Source of the DNA: the human T2T-CHM13v2.0 reference genome, Homo sapiens
Assembly: GCF_009914755.1 (NCBI RefSeq)
Contig: NC_060925.1
Reading direction: 5' to 3' (one strand)
DNA: 64,000 nucleotides
Of the stretch, positions 15,301 to 29,800 are shown piece after piece. Numbering within the stretch: position 1 is the first letter of the stretch; every line of letters begins with the position of its first letter. Under the pieces are notes generated by a model, which was not told the origin of the DNA, did no database searches, and was given only the letters and a program-made list of their open reading frames with translations. The position numbers were made by a program, and so were the translations under genes.

Positions 15301-18300
15301 ATCTTCCAATGGAATGGAATGGAATCATCGCATAGAATCGAATGGAATTATCATCGAATGGACTCGAATGGAATCAACCTCAAACGGAATCAAACGGAAT
15401 TATCGAATGGAATCGAAGAGAATCATCGAATGGACTCGAATGGAATCATCTAATGGAATGGAACGGAATAATCCATGGACTCGAATGCAATCATCATCGA
15501 ATGGAATCGAATGGAATCATCGAATGGACTCGAATGGAATAATCATTGAACGGAATCGAATGGAATCATCATCGAATGGAAACGAATGGAATCATCATCG
15601 AATGGAATCGAATGGAATCATCAAATGGAACCAGATGGAATCATCATCAAATGGAATCGAATAGAATTATGGAATGAAATCCAGTGTGATCATCATCGAA
15701 TGGACTCGAATGGAATCATCATGCAATGGAAACTAATGGAATCAACATCGAATGGAATCGAATGGAAACACCATCGAATTGAAACGAATGGAATTATCAT
15801 GAAATTGAAATGGATGGACTCATCAGCGAATGGATTCGAATGGAATCATCGAATGAAAATGACTGAAAACATCATCAAATGGAATCGAATGGAATCATTG
15901 AATGGAATCGAATGGAATCATCATCAGATGGAAATGAATGGAATCATCAAAGAATGGAATCGAATGGATTCATTGAATGGAATCAGATGGAATCATCAAA
16001 TGGACTTGAATGGAATCATTGAATGGACTCGAATGGAATCATTATCAAATGGAATCGAATGGAATCACCGAATAGAATCGAATGGAACAATCATCGAATG
16101 GACTCAAATGGAATTATCCTCAAATGGAATCGAATGGAATTATCGAATGCAATCGAATGGAATAATCGAATGCAATCGAATAGAATCATCGAATGGACTC
16201 GAATGGAATCATCGAATGGAATGGAAAGGAATAGTCAATGAACTCGAATGGAATCATCATTGAATGGAATCGAATGGAATCATCGAGTGGAATCGAATGG
16301 AATCATGATCAAATGGAATCGAATGTAATCATCATCAAATGGAATCAAAAATAACCATCATCAATTGGTATTGAATGGAATTGTCATCAAATGGAATTCA
16401 AAGGAATCATCATCAAATGGAACCGAATGGAATCCTCATTGAATGGAAATGAAAGGAATCATCATCTAATGGAATCGCACGGAATCATCATCAAATGGAA
16501 TCGAATGGAATCATCATCAAATGGAATCTAATGGAAACATTGAACGGAATTGAATGGGATCGTCATCGAATGAATTGAATGCAATCATCGAATGGTCTCC
16601 AACGGAATCATCTTCCAATGGAATGGAATGGAATCATCGCATAGAATCGAATGGAATTATCATCGAATGGACTCGAATGGAATCAACCTAAAACGGAATG
16701 AAACGTAATTATCGAATGGAATCGAATTGAATCATCGAATGGACTCGAATGGAATAATCATTGAACGGAATCGAATGGAATAATCATCGGATGGAAAAGA
16801 ATGGAATCATCATCGAATGGAATCGAATGGAATCATCATCAGATGGAAATGAATGGAATCATCACAGAATGGAATCGAATGGATTCATTGAATGGAATCA
16901 GATGGAATCATCGAATGGACTTGAATGGAATCATTGAACTGACTCGAATGGAATCATTATTGAATGGAATTGAATGGAATCATCGAATGGTCTCGAATGG
17001 AATCATTATCAAATGGAATCGAATGGAATCACCGAATAAAATCGAATTTAACAGTCATCGAATGGACTCAAATGGAATTATCCTTAAATGGAATCGAATG
17101 GAATTATCGAATGAAATTGAATGGAATAATCGAATGCAATCGAATAGAATCATCGAATGGACTGGAATGGAATCATCGAATGGAATGGAATGGAATAGTC
17201 AATGAACTCGAATGGAATCATCATTGAATGGAATCGAATGGAATCATGATCAAATGGAATCGAATGTAATCATCATCAAATGGAAACAAAAATGAAAATT
17301 ATCAATTGGTATTGAATGGAATTGTCATCAAATGGAATTCAAAGGAATCATCATCAAATGGAACAGAATGGAATCCTCATTGAATGGAAATGAAAGGAGT
17401 CATCATCTACTGGAATCGCATGGATTCATCATCAAATGGAATCGAGTGGAATCATCATCAAATGGAATCTAATGGAATCATTGAACGGAATTGAATGGAA
17501 TCGTCATCGAATGAATTGAATGCAATCATCGAATGGTCTCGAACGGAATCATCTTCCAATGGAATGGAATGGAATCATCGCATAGAATCGAATGGAATTA
17601 TCATCGAATGAACTCCAATGGAATCAACCTCAAACGGAATCAAACGGAATTATCGAATGGAATCCAAGAGAATCATCGAATGGACTCGAATGGAATCATC
17701 TAATGGAATGGAATGGAATAATCCATGGACTCGAATGCAGTCATCATCAAATGGAATCGAATGGAATCATCGAATGGACTCGAATGGAATAATCATTGAA
17801 CGGAATCGAATGGAATCATCATCGGATGGAAATGAATGGAATCATCATCGAATGGAATCGAATGGAATCATCAAATGGAATCAGATGGAATCATCATCAA
17901 ATGGAATCGAATAGAATTATGGAATGAAATCCAATGTGATCATCATCGAATGGACTCGAATGGAATCATCATCCAATGGAAACTAACGGAATCAACATCG
18001 AATGGAATCGAATGGAAACACCATCGAATTGAAACGAATGGAATTATCATGAAATTGAAATGGATGGACTCATCATCGAATGGATTCGAATGGAATCATC
18101 GGATGAAATTGACTGAAATCATCATCAAATGGAATCGAATGGAATCATTGAATGGAATCGAATGGAATCATCATCAGATGGAAATGAATGGAATCATCAC
18201 AGAATGGAATCGAATGGATTCATTGAATGGAATCAGATGGAATCATCGAATGGACTTGAATGGAATCATTGAATGGACTCGAATGGAATCATTATTGAAT

Positions 18301-21300
18301 GGAATTGAATGGAATCATCGAATGGTCTCGAATGGAATCATTATCAAATGGAATCGAATGGAATCACCGAATAGAATCGAATGGAACAATCATCGAATGG
18401 ACTCAAATGGAATTATCCTCAAATGGAATCGAATGGAATTATCGAATGCAATCAAATGGAATAATCGAATGCAATCGAACAGAATCATCGAATGGACTCG
18501 AATGGAATCATCGAATGGAATGGAATGGAGTAGTCAATGAACTCGAATGGAATCATCGTTGAATGGAATGGAGTGAAATCATCGAGTGGAATCGAATGGA
18601 ATCATGATCAAATGGAATCGAATGTAATCATCATCAAATGGAATCAAAAATAACCATCATCAGTTGGTATTGAATGGAATTGTCATCAAATGAAATTCAA
18701 AGGAATCATCATCAAATGGAACCGAATGGAATCCTCATTGAATGGAAATGAAAAGAGTCATCATCTCATGGAATCGCATGGAATCATCATCAAATGGAAT
18801 CGAATGGAATCATCAACAAATAGAATCTAATGGAGTCATTGAACGGAATTGAATGGAATCGTCATCGAATGAATTGAATGCAATCATCGAATGGTCTCGA
18901 ACGGAATCATCTTCCAATGGAATGGAATGGAATCATCGCATAGAATCGAATGGAATTATCATCGAATGGACTCGAATGGAATCAACATCAAACGGAATCA
19001 AAAGGAATTATCGAATGGAATCGAAGAGAATCATCGAATGGACTCGAATGGAATCATCTAATGGAATGGAACGGAATAATCCATGGACTCGAATGCAATC
19101 ATCATCGAATGGAATCGAATGGAATCATCGAATGGACTCGAATGGAATAATCATTGAACAGAATCGAATGGAATCATCATCGGATGGAAACGAATGGAAT
19201 CATCATCGAATGGAATCGAATGGAATCATCAAATGGAATCAGATGGAATCATCATCAAATGGAATCGAATAGAATTATGGAATGAAATCCAATGTGATCA
19301 TCATCGAATGGACTCGAATGGAATCATCATCCAATGGAAACTAATGGAATCAATTTCGAATGGAACCGAATGGAAACACCATCGAATTGAAACGAATACA
19401 ATTATAATGAAACTGAAATGGGTGGACTCATCATCGAATGGATTCGAAAGGAATCATCGAATGAAATTTATTGAAATCATCATCAAATGGGATCGAATGG
19501 AATCATTGAATGGAATCGAATGGAATTATCATCAGATGGAAATGAATGGAATCATCACAGAATGGAATCGAATGGATTCATTGATTGGAATCAGATGGAA
19601 TCATCGAATGGACGTGAATGGAATCATTGAATGGACTCGAATGGAATCATTATTGAATGGAATTGAATGGAATCATCGAATGGTCTCGCATGGAATCATT
19701 ATCAAATGGAATCGAATGGAATCATCGAATAGAATCGAATGGAACAGTCATCGAATGGACTCAAATGGAATTATCCTCAAATGGAATCGAATGGAATTAT
19801 CGAATGCAATGGAATGGAATAATCGAATGCAATCGAATAGAATCATCGAATGGACTCGAATGGAATCATCGAATGGAATGGAAAGGAATAGTCAATGAAC
19901 TCGAATGGAATCATCATTGATTGGAATCGAATGGAATCATCGAGTGGAATCGAATGGAATCATGATCAAATGGAATCGAATGTAATCATCATCAAATGGA
20001 ATCCAAACTAACCATCATCAATTGGTATTGAATGGAATTGTCTTCAAACGGAATTGAAAGGAATCATCATCAAATGGAACCGAGTGGAATCCTCATTGAA
20101 TGGAAATGAAAGGAGTCATCATCTAATGGAATCGCACGGAATCATCATCAAATGGAATCGAATGGAATCATCATCGAATGGACTCGAATGGAATCATTAT
20201 TGAATGGAATTGAATGGAATCATCGAATGGTCTCGAATGGAATCATTATCAAATGGAATCGAATGGAATCACCGAATAGAATCGAATGGAACAATCATCG
20301 AATGGACTCAAATGGAATTATCCTCAAATGGAATCGAATGGAATTATCCAATGCAATTGAATGGAATAATCGAATGCAATCGAATAGAATCATCGAATGG
20401 ACTCGAATGAAATCATCGAATGGAATGGAATGGAATAGTCAATGAACTCGAACGGAATCATCATTGAATGGAATCGAATGGAATAATGATCAAATGGAAT
20501 CCAATGCAATCATCATCAAATGGAATCAAAAATAACCATCATCAATTGTTATTGAATGGAAATGTCATGAAATGGAATTCAAAGGAATCATCATCAAATG
20601 GAACCGAATGGAATCCTCATTGAATGGAAATGAAAGGAGTCATCATCTACTGGAATCGCATGGAATCATCATCAAATGGAATCGAGTGGAATCATCATCA
20701 AATGGAATCTAATGGAATCATTGAACGGAATTGAATGGAATCGTCATCGAATGAATTGAATGCAATCATCGAATGGTCTCCAACGGAATCATCTTCCAAT
20801 GGAATGGAATGGAATCATCGCATAGAATCGAATGGAATTATCATCGAATGGACTCGAATGGAATCAATCTCAAACGGAATGAAACGGAATTATCGAATGG
20901 AATCGAAGAGAATCATCGAATGGACTCCAATGGAATCATCTCATGGAATGGAATGGAATAATCCATGGACTCGAATGCAATCATCATCGAATGGAATCGA
21001 ATGGAATCATCGAATGGACTCGAATGGAATAATCATTGTACGGAATCGAATGAAATCATCATCGGATGGAAACGAATGGAATCATCATCGAATGGAATCG
21101 AATGGAATCATCAAATGGAATCAGATGGAATCATCATCAAATGGAATCGAATAGAATTATGGAATAAAATCCAATGTGATCATCATCGAATGGACTCGAA
21201 TGGAATCATAATCCAATGGAAACTAATGGAATCAACATCCAATGGAATCGAATGGAAACACCATCGTATTGAAACGAATGGAATTAACATGAAATTGAAA

Positions 21301-24300
21301 TGGATGGACTCATCAGCGAATGGATGCGAATGGAATCATCGAATGAAATTTATTGAAATCATCACCAAATGGAATCGAATGGAATCATTGAATGGAATCG
21401 AATGGAATCATCATCAGATGGAAATGAATGGAATCATCACAGAATGGAATCGAATGGATTCATTGAATGGAATCAGATGGAATCATCGAATGGACTTGAA
21501 TGGAATCACTGAATGGACTCGAATGGAATCATTATTGAATGGAATTGAATGGAATCATCGAATGGTCTCGAATGGAATCATTATTGAGTGGAATTCAAAG
21601 AATCATCGAATGGTCTCGAATGGAATCATTATCAAATGGAATCGAATGGAATCACCGAATAGAATCGAATGGAACAATCATCGAATGGACTCAAATGGAA
21701 TTATCCTCAAATGGAATCGAATGGAATAATCGAATGCAATCGAATGGAATAATCGAATACAATCAAATAGAATCATCGAATGGACTCGAATGGAATCATC
21801 GAATGGAATGGAAAGGAATAGTCAATGAACTCGAATGGAATCATCATAGAGTGGAATCGAATGGAATCATCGAGTGGAATCGAATGGAATCATGATCAAA
21901 TGGAATCGAATGTAATCACCATCAAATGGAGTCAAAAATAACCATCATCAATTGGTATTGAATGGAATTGTCATCAAATGGACTTCAAAGGAATCATCAT
22001 CAAATGGAAACGAATGGAATCCTCATTGAATGGAAATGAAAGGAGTCATCATCTAATGGAATAGCATGGAATCATCATCAAATGGAATCCAATGGAATCA
22101 TCATCAAATGGAATCTAATGGAATCATTGAACGGAATTGAATGGAATCGTCATCGAATGAATTGAATGCAATCATCGAATGGTCTCCAACGGAATCATCT
22201 TCCAATGGAATGGAATAGAATCATCGCATAGAATCGAATGGAATTATCATCGAATGGACTCGAATGGAATCAACCTCAAACGGAATCAAACGGAATTATC
22301 GAATGGAATCGAAGAGAATCATCGAATGGACTCGAATGGAATCATCATCCAATGGAAACTAATGGAATCAACATCCAATGGAATCGAATGGAAACACCAT
22401 CGAATTGAAACGAATGGAATTATCATGAAATTGAAATGGATGGACTCATCATCGAATGGATTCGAATGGAATCATTGAATGAAATTTATTGAAATCATCA
22501 TCAAATGGAATCGAATGGAATCATTGAATGGAATCGAATGGAATCCTCATCAGATGGAAATGAATGGAATCATCACAGAATGGAATTGAATGGATTCATT
22601 GAATGGAATCAGATGGAATCATCGAATGGACTTGAATGGAATCATTGAATGGACTCGAATGGAATCATTATTGAATGGAATTGAATAGAATCATCGAATG
22701 GCCTCGAATGGAATCATTATCGAATGGAAACGAATGGAATCACCGAGTAGAATCGAATGGAAAAATCATCGAATGGATTCAAATGGAATTATCCTCAAAT
22801 GGAATCGAATGGAATTATCCAATGCAATTGAATGGAATAATCGAATGCAATCGAATAGAATCATCCAATGGACTCGAATGAAATCATCGAATGGAATGGA
22901 ATGGAATAGTCAATGAACTCGAATGGAATCATCATTGAATGGAATCGAATGGAATCATGATCAAATGGAATCCAATGTAATCATCATCAAATGGAATCAA
23001 AAATAACCATCATCAATTGGTATTGAATGGAATTATCATCAAATGGAATTCAAAGGAATCATCATCAAATGGAACCGAATGGAATCCTCATTGAATGGAA
23101 ATGAAAGGAGTCATCATCTACTGGAATCGCATGGAATCATCATCAAATGGAATCGAGTGGAATCATTGAATGGAATCGAATGGAATCATCATCAGATGGA
23201 AATGAATGGAATCATAACAGAATGGAATCGAATGGATTCATTGAATGGAATCAGATGGAATCATCGAATGGGCTCGAATGGAATCATTATCAAATGGAAT
23301 AGAATGGAATCACCGAATAGAAACGAATGGAACAATCATCGAATGGACTCAAATGGAATCATCCTCAAATGGAATCGAATGGAATTATCGAATGCAATCG
23401 AATGGAATAATCGAATGCAATCGAATAGAATCATCGAATGGACTGGAATGGAATCATCGAATGGAATGGAATGGAATACTCAATGAACTCGAATGGAATC
23501 ATCATTGAATGGAATGGAATGCAATCATCGAGTGGAATCGAATGGAATCATGATCAAATGGAATCGAATGTAATCCTCATCAAATGGAATCAAAAATAAC
23601 CATCATCAATTGGTATTGAATGGAATTGTCATCAAATGAAATTCAAAGGAATCATCATCAAATGGAACCGAATGGAAACCTCATTGAATGGAAATGAAAG
23701 GAGTCATCATCTAATGGAATCGCATGGAATCATCATTAAATGGAATCGAATGGAATCATCATCAAATAGAATCTAATGGAATCATTGAACGGAATTGAAT
23801 GGAATCGTCATCGAATGAATTGAATGCAATCATCGAATGGTCTCGAACGGAATCATCTTCCAATGGAATGGAATGGAATCATCGCATAGAATCGAATGGA
23901 ATTATCATCGAATGGACTCGAATGGAATCAACCTCAAACGGAATCAAACGGAATTATCGAATGGAATCGAAGAGAATCATCGAATGGAGTCGAATGGAAT
24001 CATCTAATGGAATGGAATGGAATAATCCATGGACTCGAATGCAATCATCATCGAATGGAATCGAATGGAATCATCGAATGGACTCGAATGGAATAATCAT
24101 TGAACAGAATCGAATGGAATCATCATCAGATGGAAAAGAATGGAATCATCATCGAATGGAATCGAATGGAATCATCAAATGGAATCAGACGGAATCATCA
24201 TCAAATGGAATCGAATAGAATTATGGAATCAAATCCAATGTGATCATCATCGAATGGACTCGAATGGAATCATCATCCAATGGAAACTAATGGAATCAAC

Positions 24301-26697
24301 ATCGAATGGAATCGAATGGAAACACCATCGAATTGAAACGAATGGAATTCTCATGAAACTGAAATGGATGGACTCATCATTGAATGGATTCGAAAGGAAT
24401 CATCGAATGAAATTTATTGAAATCATCATCAAATGGAATCGAATGGAATCACTGAATGGAATCGAATGGAATTATCATCAGATGGAAATGAATGGAATCA
24501 TCACAGAATGGAATCGAATGGATTCATTGAATTGAATCAGATGGAATCATCGAATGGACGTGAATGGAATCATTGAATGGACTCGAAGGGAATCATTATT
24601 GAGTGGAATTTAATGGAATCTTTGAATGGTCTCGAATGGAATCATTATCAAATGGAATCGAATTGAATCACCGAATAGAATCGAATGGAACAATCTTCGA
24701 GTGGACTCAAATGGAATTATCCTCAAATGGAATCGAATGGAATTATCGAATGCAATCGAATGGAATAATCGAATACAATCGAATAGAATCATCGAATGGA
24801 CTCGAATGGAATCATCAAATGGAATGGAAAGGAATAGTCAATGAACTCAAATTGAATCATCATTGAGTGGAATCGAATGGAATCATCGAGTGGAATCGAA
24901 TGGAATCATGATCAAATGGAATCGAATGTAATCATCATCAAATGGAGTCAAAAATAACCATCATCAATTGGTATTGAATGGAATTGTCATCAAATGGACT
25001 TCAAAGGAATCATCATCAAATGGAAACGAATGGAATCCTCATTGAATGGAAATGAAAGGAGTCATCATCTAATGGAATAGCATGGAATCATCATCAAATG
25101 GAATCCAATGGAATCATCATCAAATGGAATCTAATGGAATCATTGAACGGAATTGAATGGAATCGTCATCGAATGAATTGAATGCAATCATCGAATGGTC
25201 TCGAACGGAATCATCTTCCAATGGAATGGTATGGAATCATCGCATAGAATCGAATGGAATTATCATCGAATGGACTCGAATGGAATCAACCTCAAACGGA
25301 ATCAAACGGAATTATCGAATGGAATCGAAGAGAATCATCGAATGGGCTCGAATGGAATCATCTAAAGGAATGGAACGGAATATTCCATGGACTCGAATGC
25401 AATCATCATCGAATGGAATCGAATGGAATCATCGAATGGACTCGAATGGAATAATCATTGAACGGAATCGAATGGAATCATCATCGGATAGAAACGAATG
25501 GAATCATCATCGAATGGAATCGAATGGAATCATCAAATGGAATCAGACGGAATCATCATCAAATGGAATCGAATAGAATTATGGAATCAAATCCAATGTG
25601 ATCATCATCAAATGGACTCGAATGGAATCATCATCCAATGGAAACTAATGGAATCAACATCGAACGAAATCGACTGGAAACACCATCGAATTGAAACGAA
25701 TGGAATTATCATGAAATTGAAATGGATGGACTCATCATTGAATGGATTCGAATGGAATCATTGAATGAAATTTATTGAAATCATCATCAAATGGAATCGA
25801 ATGGAATCATTGAATGGAATCGAATGGAATCATCATCAGATTGAAATGAATGGAATCATCACAGAATGGAATCGAATGGATTCATTGAATGCAATCAGAT
25901 GGAATCATCGAATGGACTTGAATGGAATCATTGAATGGACTCGAATGGAATCATTATTGAATGGAATTGAATGGAATCATCGAATGGTCTCGCATGGAAT
26001 CATTATTAAATGGAATCGAATGGAATCACCGAATAGAATCGAATGGAACAATCATCGAATGGACTCAAATGGAATTATCATCAAAAGGAATCGAATGGAA
26101 TTATCGAATGCAATCGAATGGAATAATCGAATGCAATCAAATAGAATCATCGAATGGACTCGAATGGAATCATCGAATGGAATGGAATGGAATAGTCAAT
26201 GAACTCGAATGGAATCATCATAAAATGGAATCGAATGGAATCATCGAGTGGAATCGAATGGAATCATGAACAAATGGAATCGAATGTAATCATCATCAAA
26301 TGGAATCAAAAATAACCATAATCAATTGGTATTGAATGGAATTGTCATCAAATGGAATTCAAAGGAATCATCAACAAATGGAACGGAATGGAATCCTCAT
26401 TGAATGGAAATGAAAGGAGTCATCATCTAATGGAATCACAAGGAATCATCATCAAATGGAGTCGAATGGAATCATCATCAAATGGAATCTAATGGAATCA
26501 TTGAACGGAATTGAATGGAATCGTTATCGAATGAATTGAATGCAATCATCGAATGGTCTCGAACGGAATCATCTTCCAATGGAATGGTATGGAATCATCG
26601 CATAGAATCGAATGGAATTATCATCGAATGGACTCGAATGGAATCAACCTCAAAAGGAATCAAACGGAATTATCGAATGGAATCGAAGAGAATCATC

Positions 26698-26839
26698 GAA
26701 TGGACTCGAATGGAATCATCTAATGGAATGGAACGGAATAATCCATGGACTCGAATGCAATCATCATCGAATGGACTCGAATGGAATCATCTAATGGAAT
26801 GGAACGGAATAATCCATGGACTCGAATGCAATCATCATC
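26698..26839 (+). repeat. 71-bp direct tandem duplication
   Basis: GAATGGACTCGAATGGAATCATCTAATGGAATGGAACGGAATAATCCATGGACTCGAATGCAATCATCATC occurs twice head-to-tail (TGGACTCGAA at 26701 and 26772). Confidence 0.85.
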
Positions 26840-29800
26840 GAATGGAATCGAATGGAATCATCGAATGGACTCGAATGGAATAATCATTGAATGGAATCGA
26901 ATGGAATCATCATCGGATGGAAACGAATAGAATCATCTTCGAATGGAATCGAATGGAATCATCAAATGGAATCAGATGGAATCATCATCAAATGGAATCG
27001 AATAGAATTATGGAATGAAATCCAATGTGATCATCATCGAATGGACTCGAATGGAATCATCATCCAATGGAAACTAATGGAATCAACGTCGAATGGAATC
27101 GAATGGAAACACCATCGAATTGAAACGAATGGAATTATCATGAAATTGAAATGGATGGACTCATCATCGAATGGATTCGAATGGAATCATCGAATGAAAT
27201 TTATTGAAATCATCATCAAATGGAATCGAATGGAATCATTGAATGGAATCGAATGGAATCATCATCAGAAGGAAATGAATGGAATCATCATAGAATGTAA
27301 TCGAATGGATTCATTGAATGGAATCAGATGGAATCATCGAATGGACTTGAATGGAGTCATTGAATGGACTCGAATGGAATCATTATTGAATGGAATTGAA
27401 TGGAATCATCGAATGGTCTCGAATGGAATCATTATCAAAAGGAATCGAATGGAGTCACCGAATAGAATCGAATGGAACCATCATCGAATAGACTCAAATG
27501 TAATTATCCTCAAATGGAATCGAATGGAATTATCGAATGCAATCGAATGGAATAATCGAATGCAATCGAATACAATCATCGAATGGACTCGAATGGTATC
27601 ATCGAATGGAATGGAACGGAATAATCCATGGACTCGAATGCAATCATTATCGAATGGAATCGAATGGAATCATCGAATGGACTCGAATGGAATAATCATT
27701 GAACGGAATCGAATGGAATCATCATCGAATGGAAACGAATGGAATCATCATCGAATGGAATCGAATGGAATCATCAAATGGAATCAGATGGAATCATCAT
27801 CAAATGGAATCGAATAGAATTATGGAACAAAATCCAATGTGATCATCGTCGAATGGACTCGAATGGAATCACCATCCAATGGAAACTAATGGAATCAACA
27901 TCGAATGGAATCGAATGGGAACACCATCGAATTGAAACAAATGGAATTATCATGAAACTGAAATGGATGGACTCATCATCGAATGGATTCGAATGGAATC
28001 ATCGAATGAAATTTATTGAAATCATCATCAAATGGAATCGAATAGAATTATGGAATCAAATCCAATGTGATCATCATCGAATGGACTCGAATGCAATCAT
28101 CATCCAATGGAAACTAATGGATTCAACATCCAATGGAATCGAATGGAAACACCATCGAATTGAAACGAATGGAATTATCATGAAATTGAAATGGATGGAC
28201 TCATCATCGAATGGATTCGAATGGAATCATCGAATGAAATTGACTGAAATCATCATCAAATGGAATCGAATGGAATCATTGAATGGAATCGAATGGAATC
28301 ATCATCAGATGGAAATGAATGGAATAATCATAGAATGGAATCGAATGTATTCATTTAATGGAATCAGATGGAATCAACCAATGGACTTGAATGGAATCAT
28401 TGAATGGACTCGAATGGAATCATTATTGAATGGAATTGAATGGAATCATCGAATGGTCTCGAATGGAATCATTATCAAATGGAATCGAATGGAATCACCG
28501 AATAAAATCGAATGGAACAATCATCGAATGGACTCAAATGTAATTATCCTTAAATGGAATCGAATGGAATTATTGAATGCAATCGAATGGAATAATCGAA
28601 TGCAATCGAATAGAATCATCGAATGGACTGGAATGGAATCATCGAATGGAATGGAATGGAATAGTCAATGAACTCGAATGGAATCATCATTGAATGGAAT
28701 GGAATGCAATCATCGAGTGGAATCGAATGGAATCATGATCAAATGGAATCGAAGGTAATCATCATCAAATGGTGTCAAAAATAACCATCATCAATTGGTA
28801 TTGAATGGAATTGTCATCAAATGAAATTCAAAGTAATCATCATCAAATGGAACCGAATGGAATACTCATTGAATGGAAATGAAAGGAGTCATCATCTAAT
28901 GGAATCGCATGGAATCATCATTAAATGGAATCGAATGGAATCATCATCAAATAGAATCTAATGGAATCACTGAACAGAATTGAATGGAATCGTCATCGAA
29001 TGAATTGAATGCAATCACCGAATGATCTCCAACGCAATCATCTTTCAATGGAATGGAATGGAATCATCGCATAGAATCGAATGGAATTATCATCGAATGG
29101 ACTCGAATGGAATCAATCTCAAACGGAATGAAACGGAATTATCGAATGGAATCGAAGAGAATCATTGAATGGACTCGAATGGAATCATCTAATGGAATGG
29201 AATGGAATAATCCATGGACTCGAATACAATCATCATCGAATGGAATCGAATGGAATCATCGAATGGACTCGAAAGGAATCATCATTGAACGGAATCGAAT
29301 GGAATCATCAAATGGAATCAGATGGAATCATCATCAAATGGAATCGAATAGAATTATGGAATCAAATCCAATGTGATCATCATCGAATGGACTCGAATGG
29401 AATCATCATCCAATGGAAACTAACGGAATCAACATCGAATGGAATCGAATGGAAACACCATCGAATTGAAACGAATGGAATTATCATGAAATTGAAATGG
29501 ATGGACTCATCAGCGAATGGATTCGAAAGGAATCATCGAATGAAATTGACTGAAATCATCATCAAATGGAATCGAATGGAATCATTGAATGGAATCGAAT
29601 GGAATCATCATCAGATAGAAATGAATGGAATCATCATAGAATGGAATCGAATGGATTCATTGAATGGAATCAGATGGAATCATCGAATGGACTTGAATGG
29701 AATCATTGAATGGATTCGAATGGAATCATTATTGAATGGAATTGAATGGAATCATTGAATGGTCTCGAATGGAATCATTATCAAATGGAATCGAATGGAA

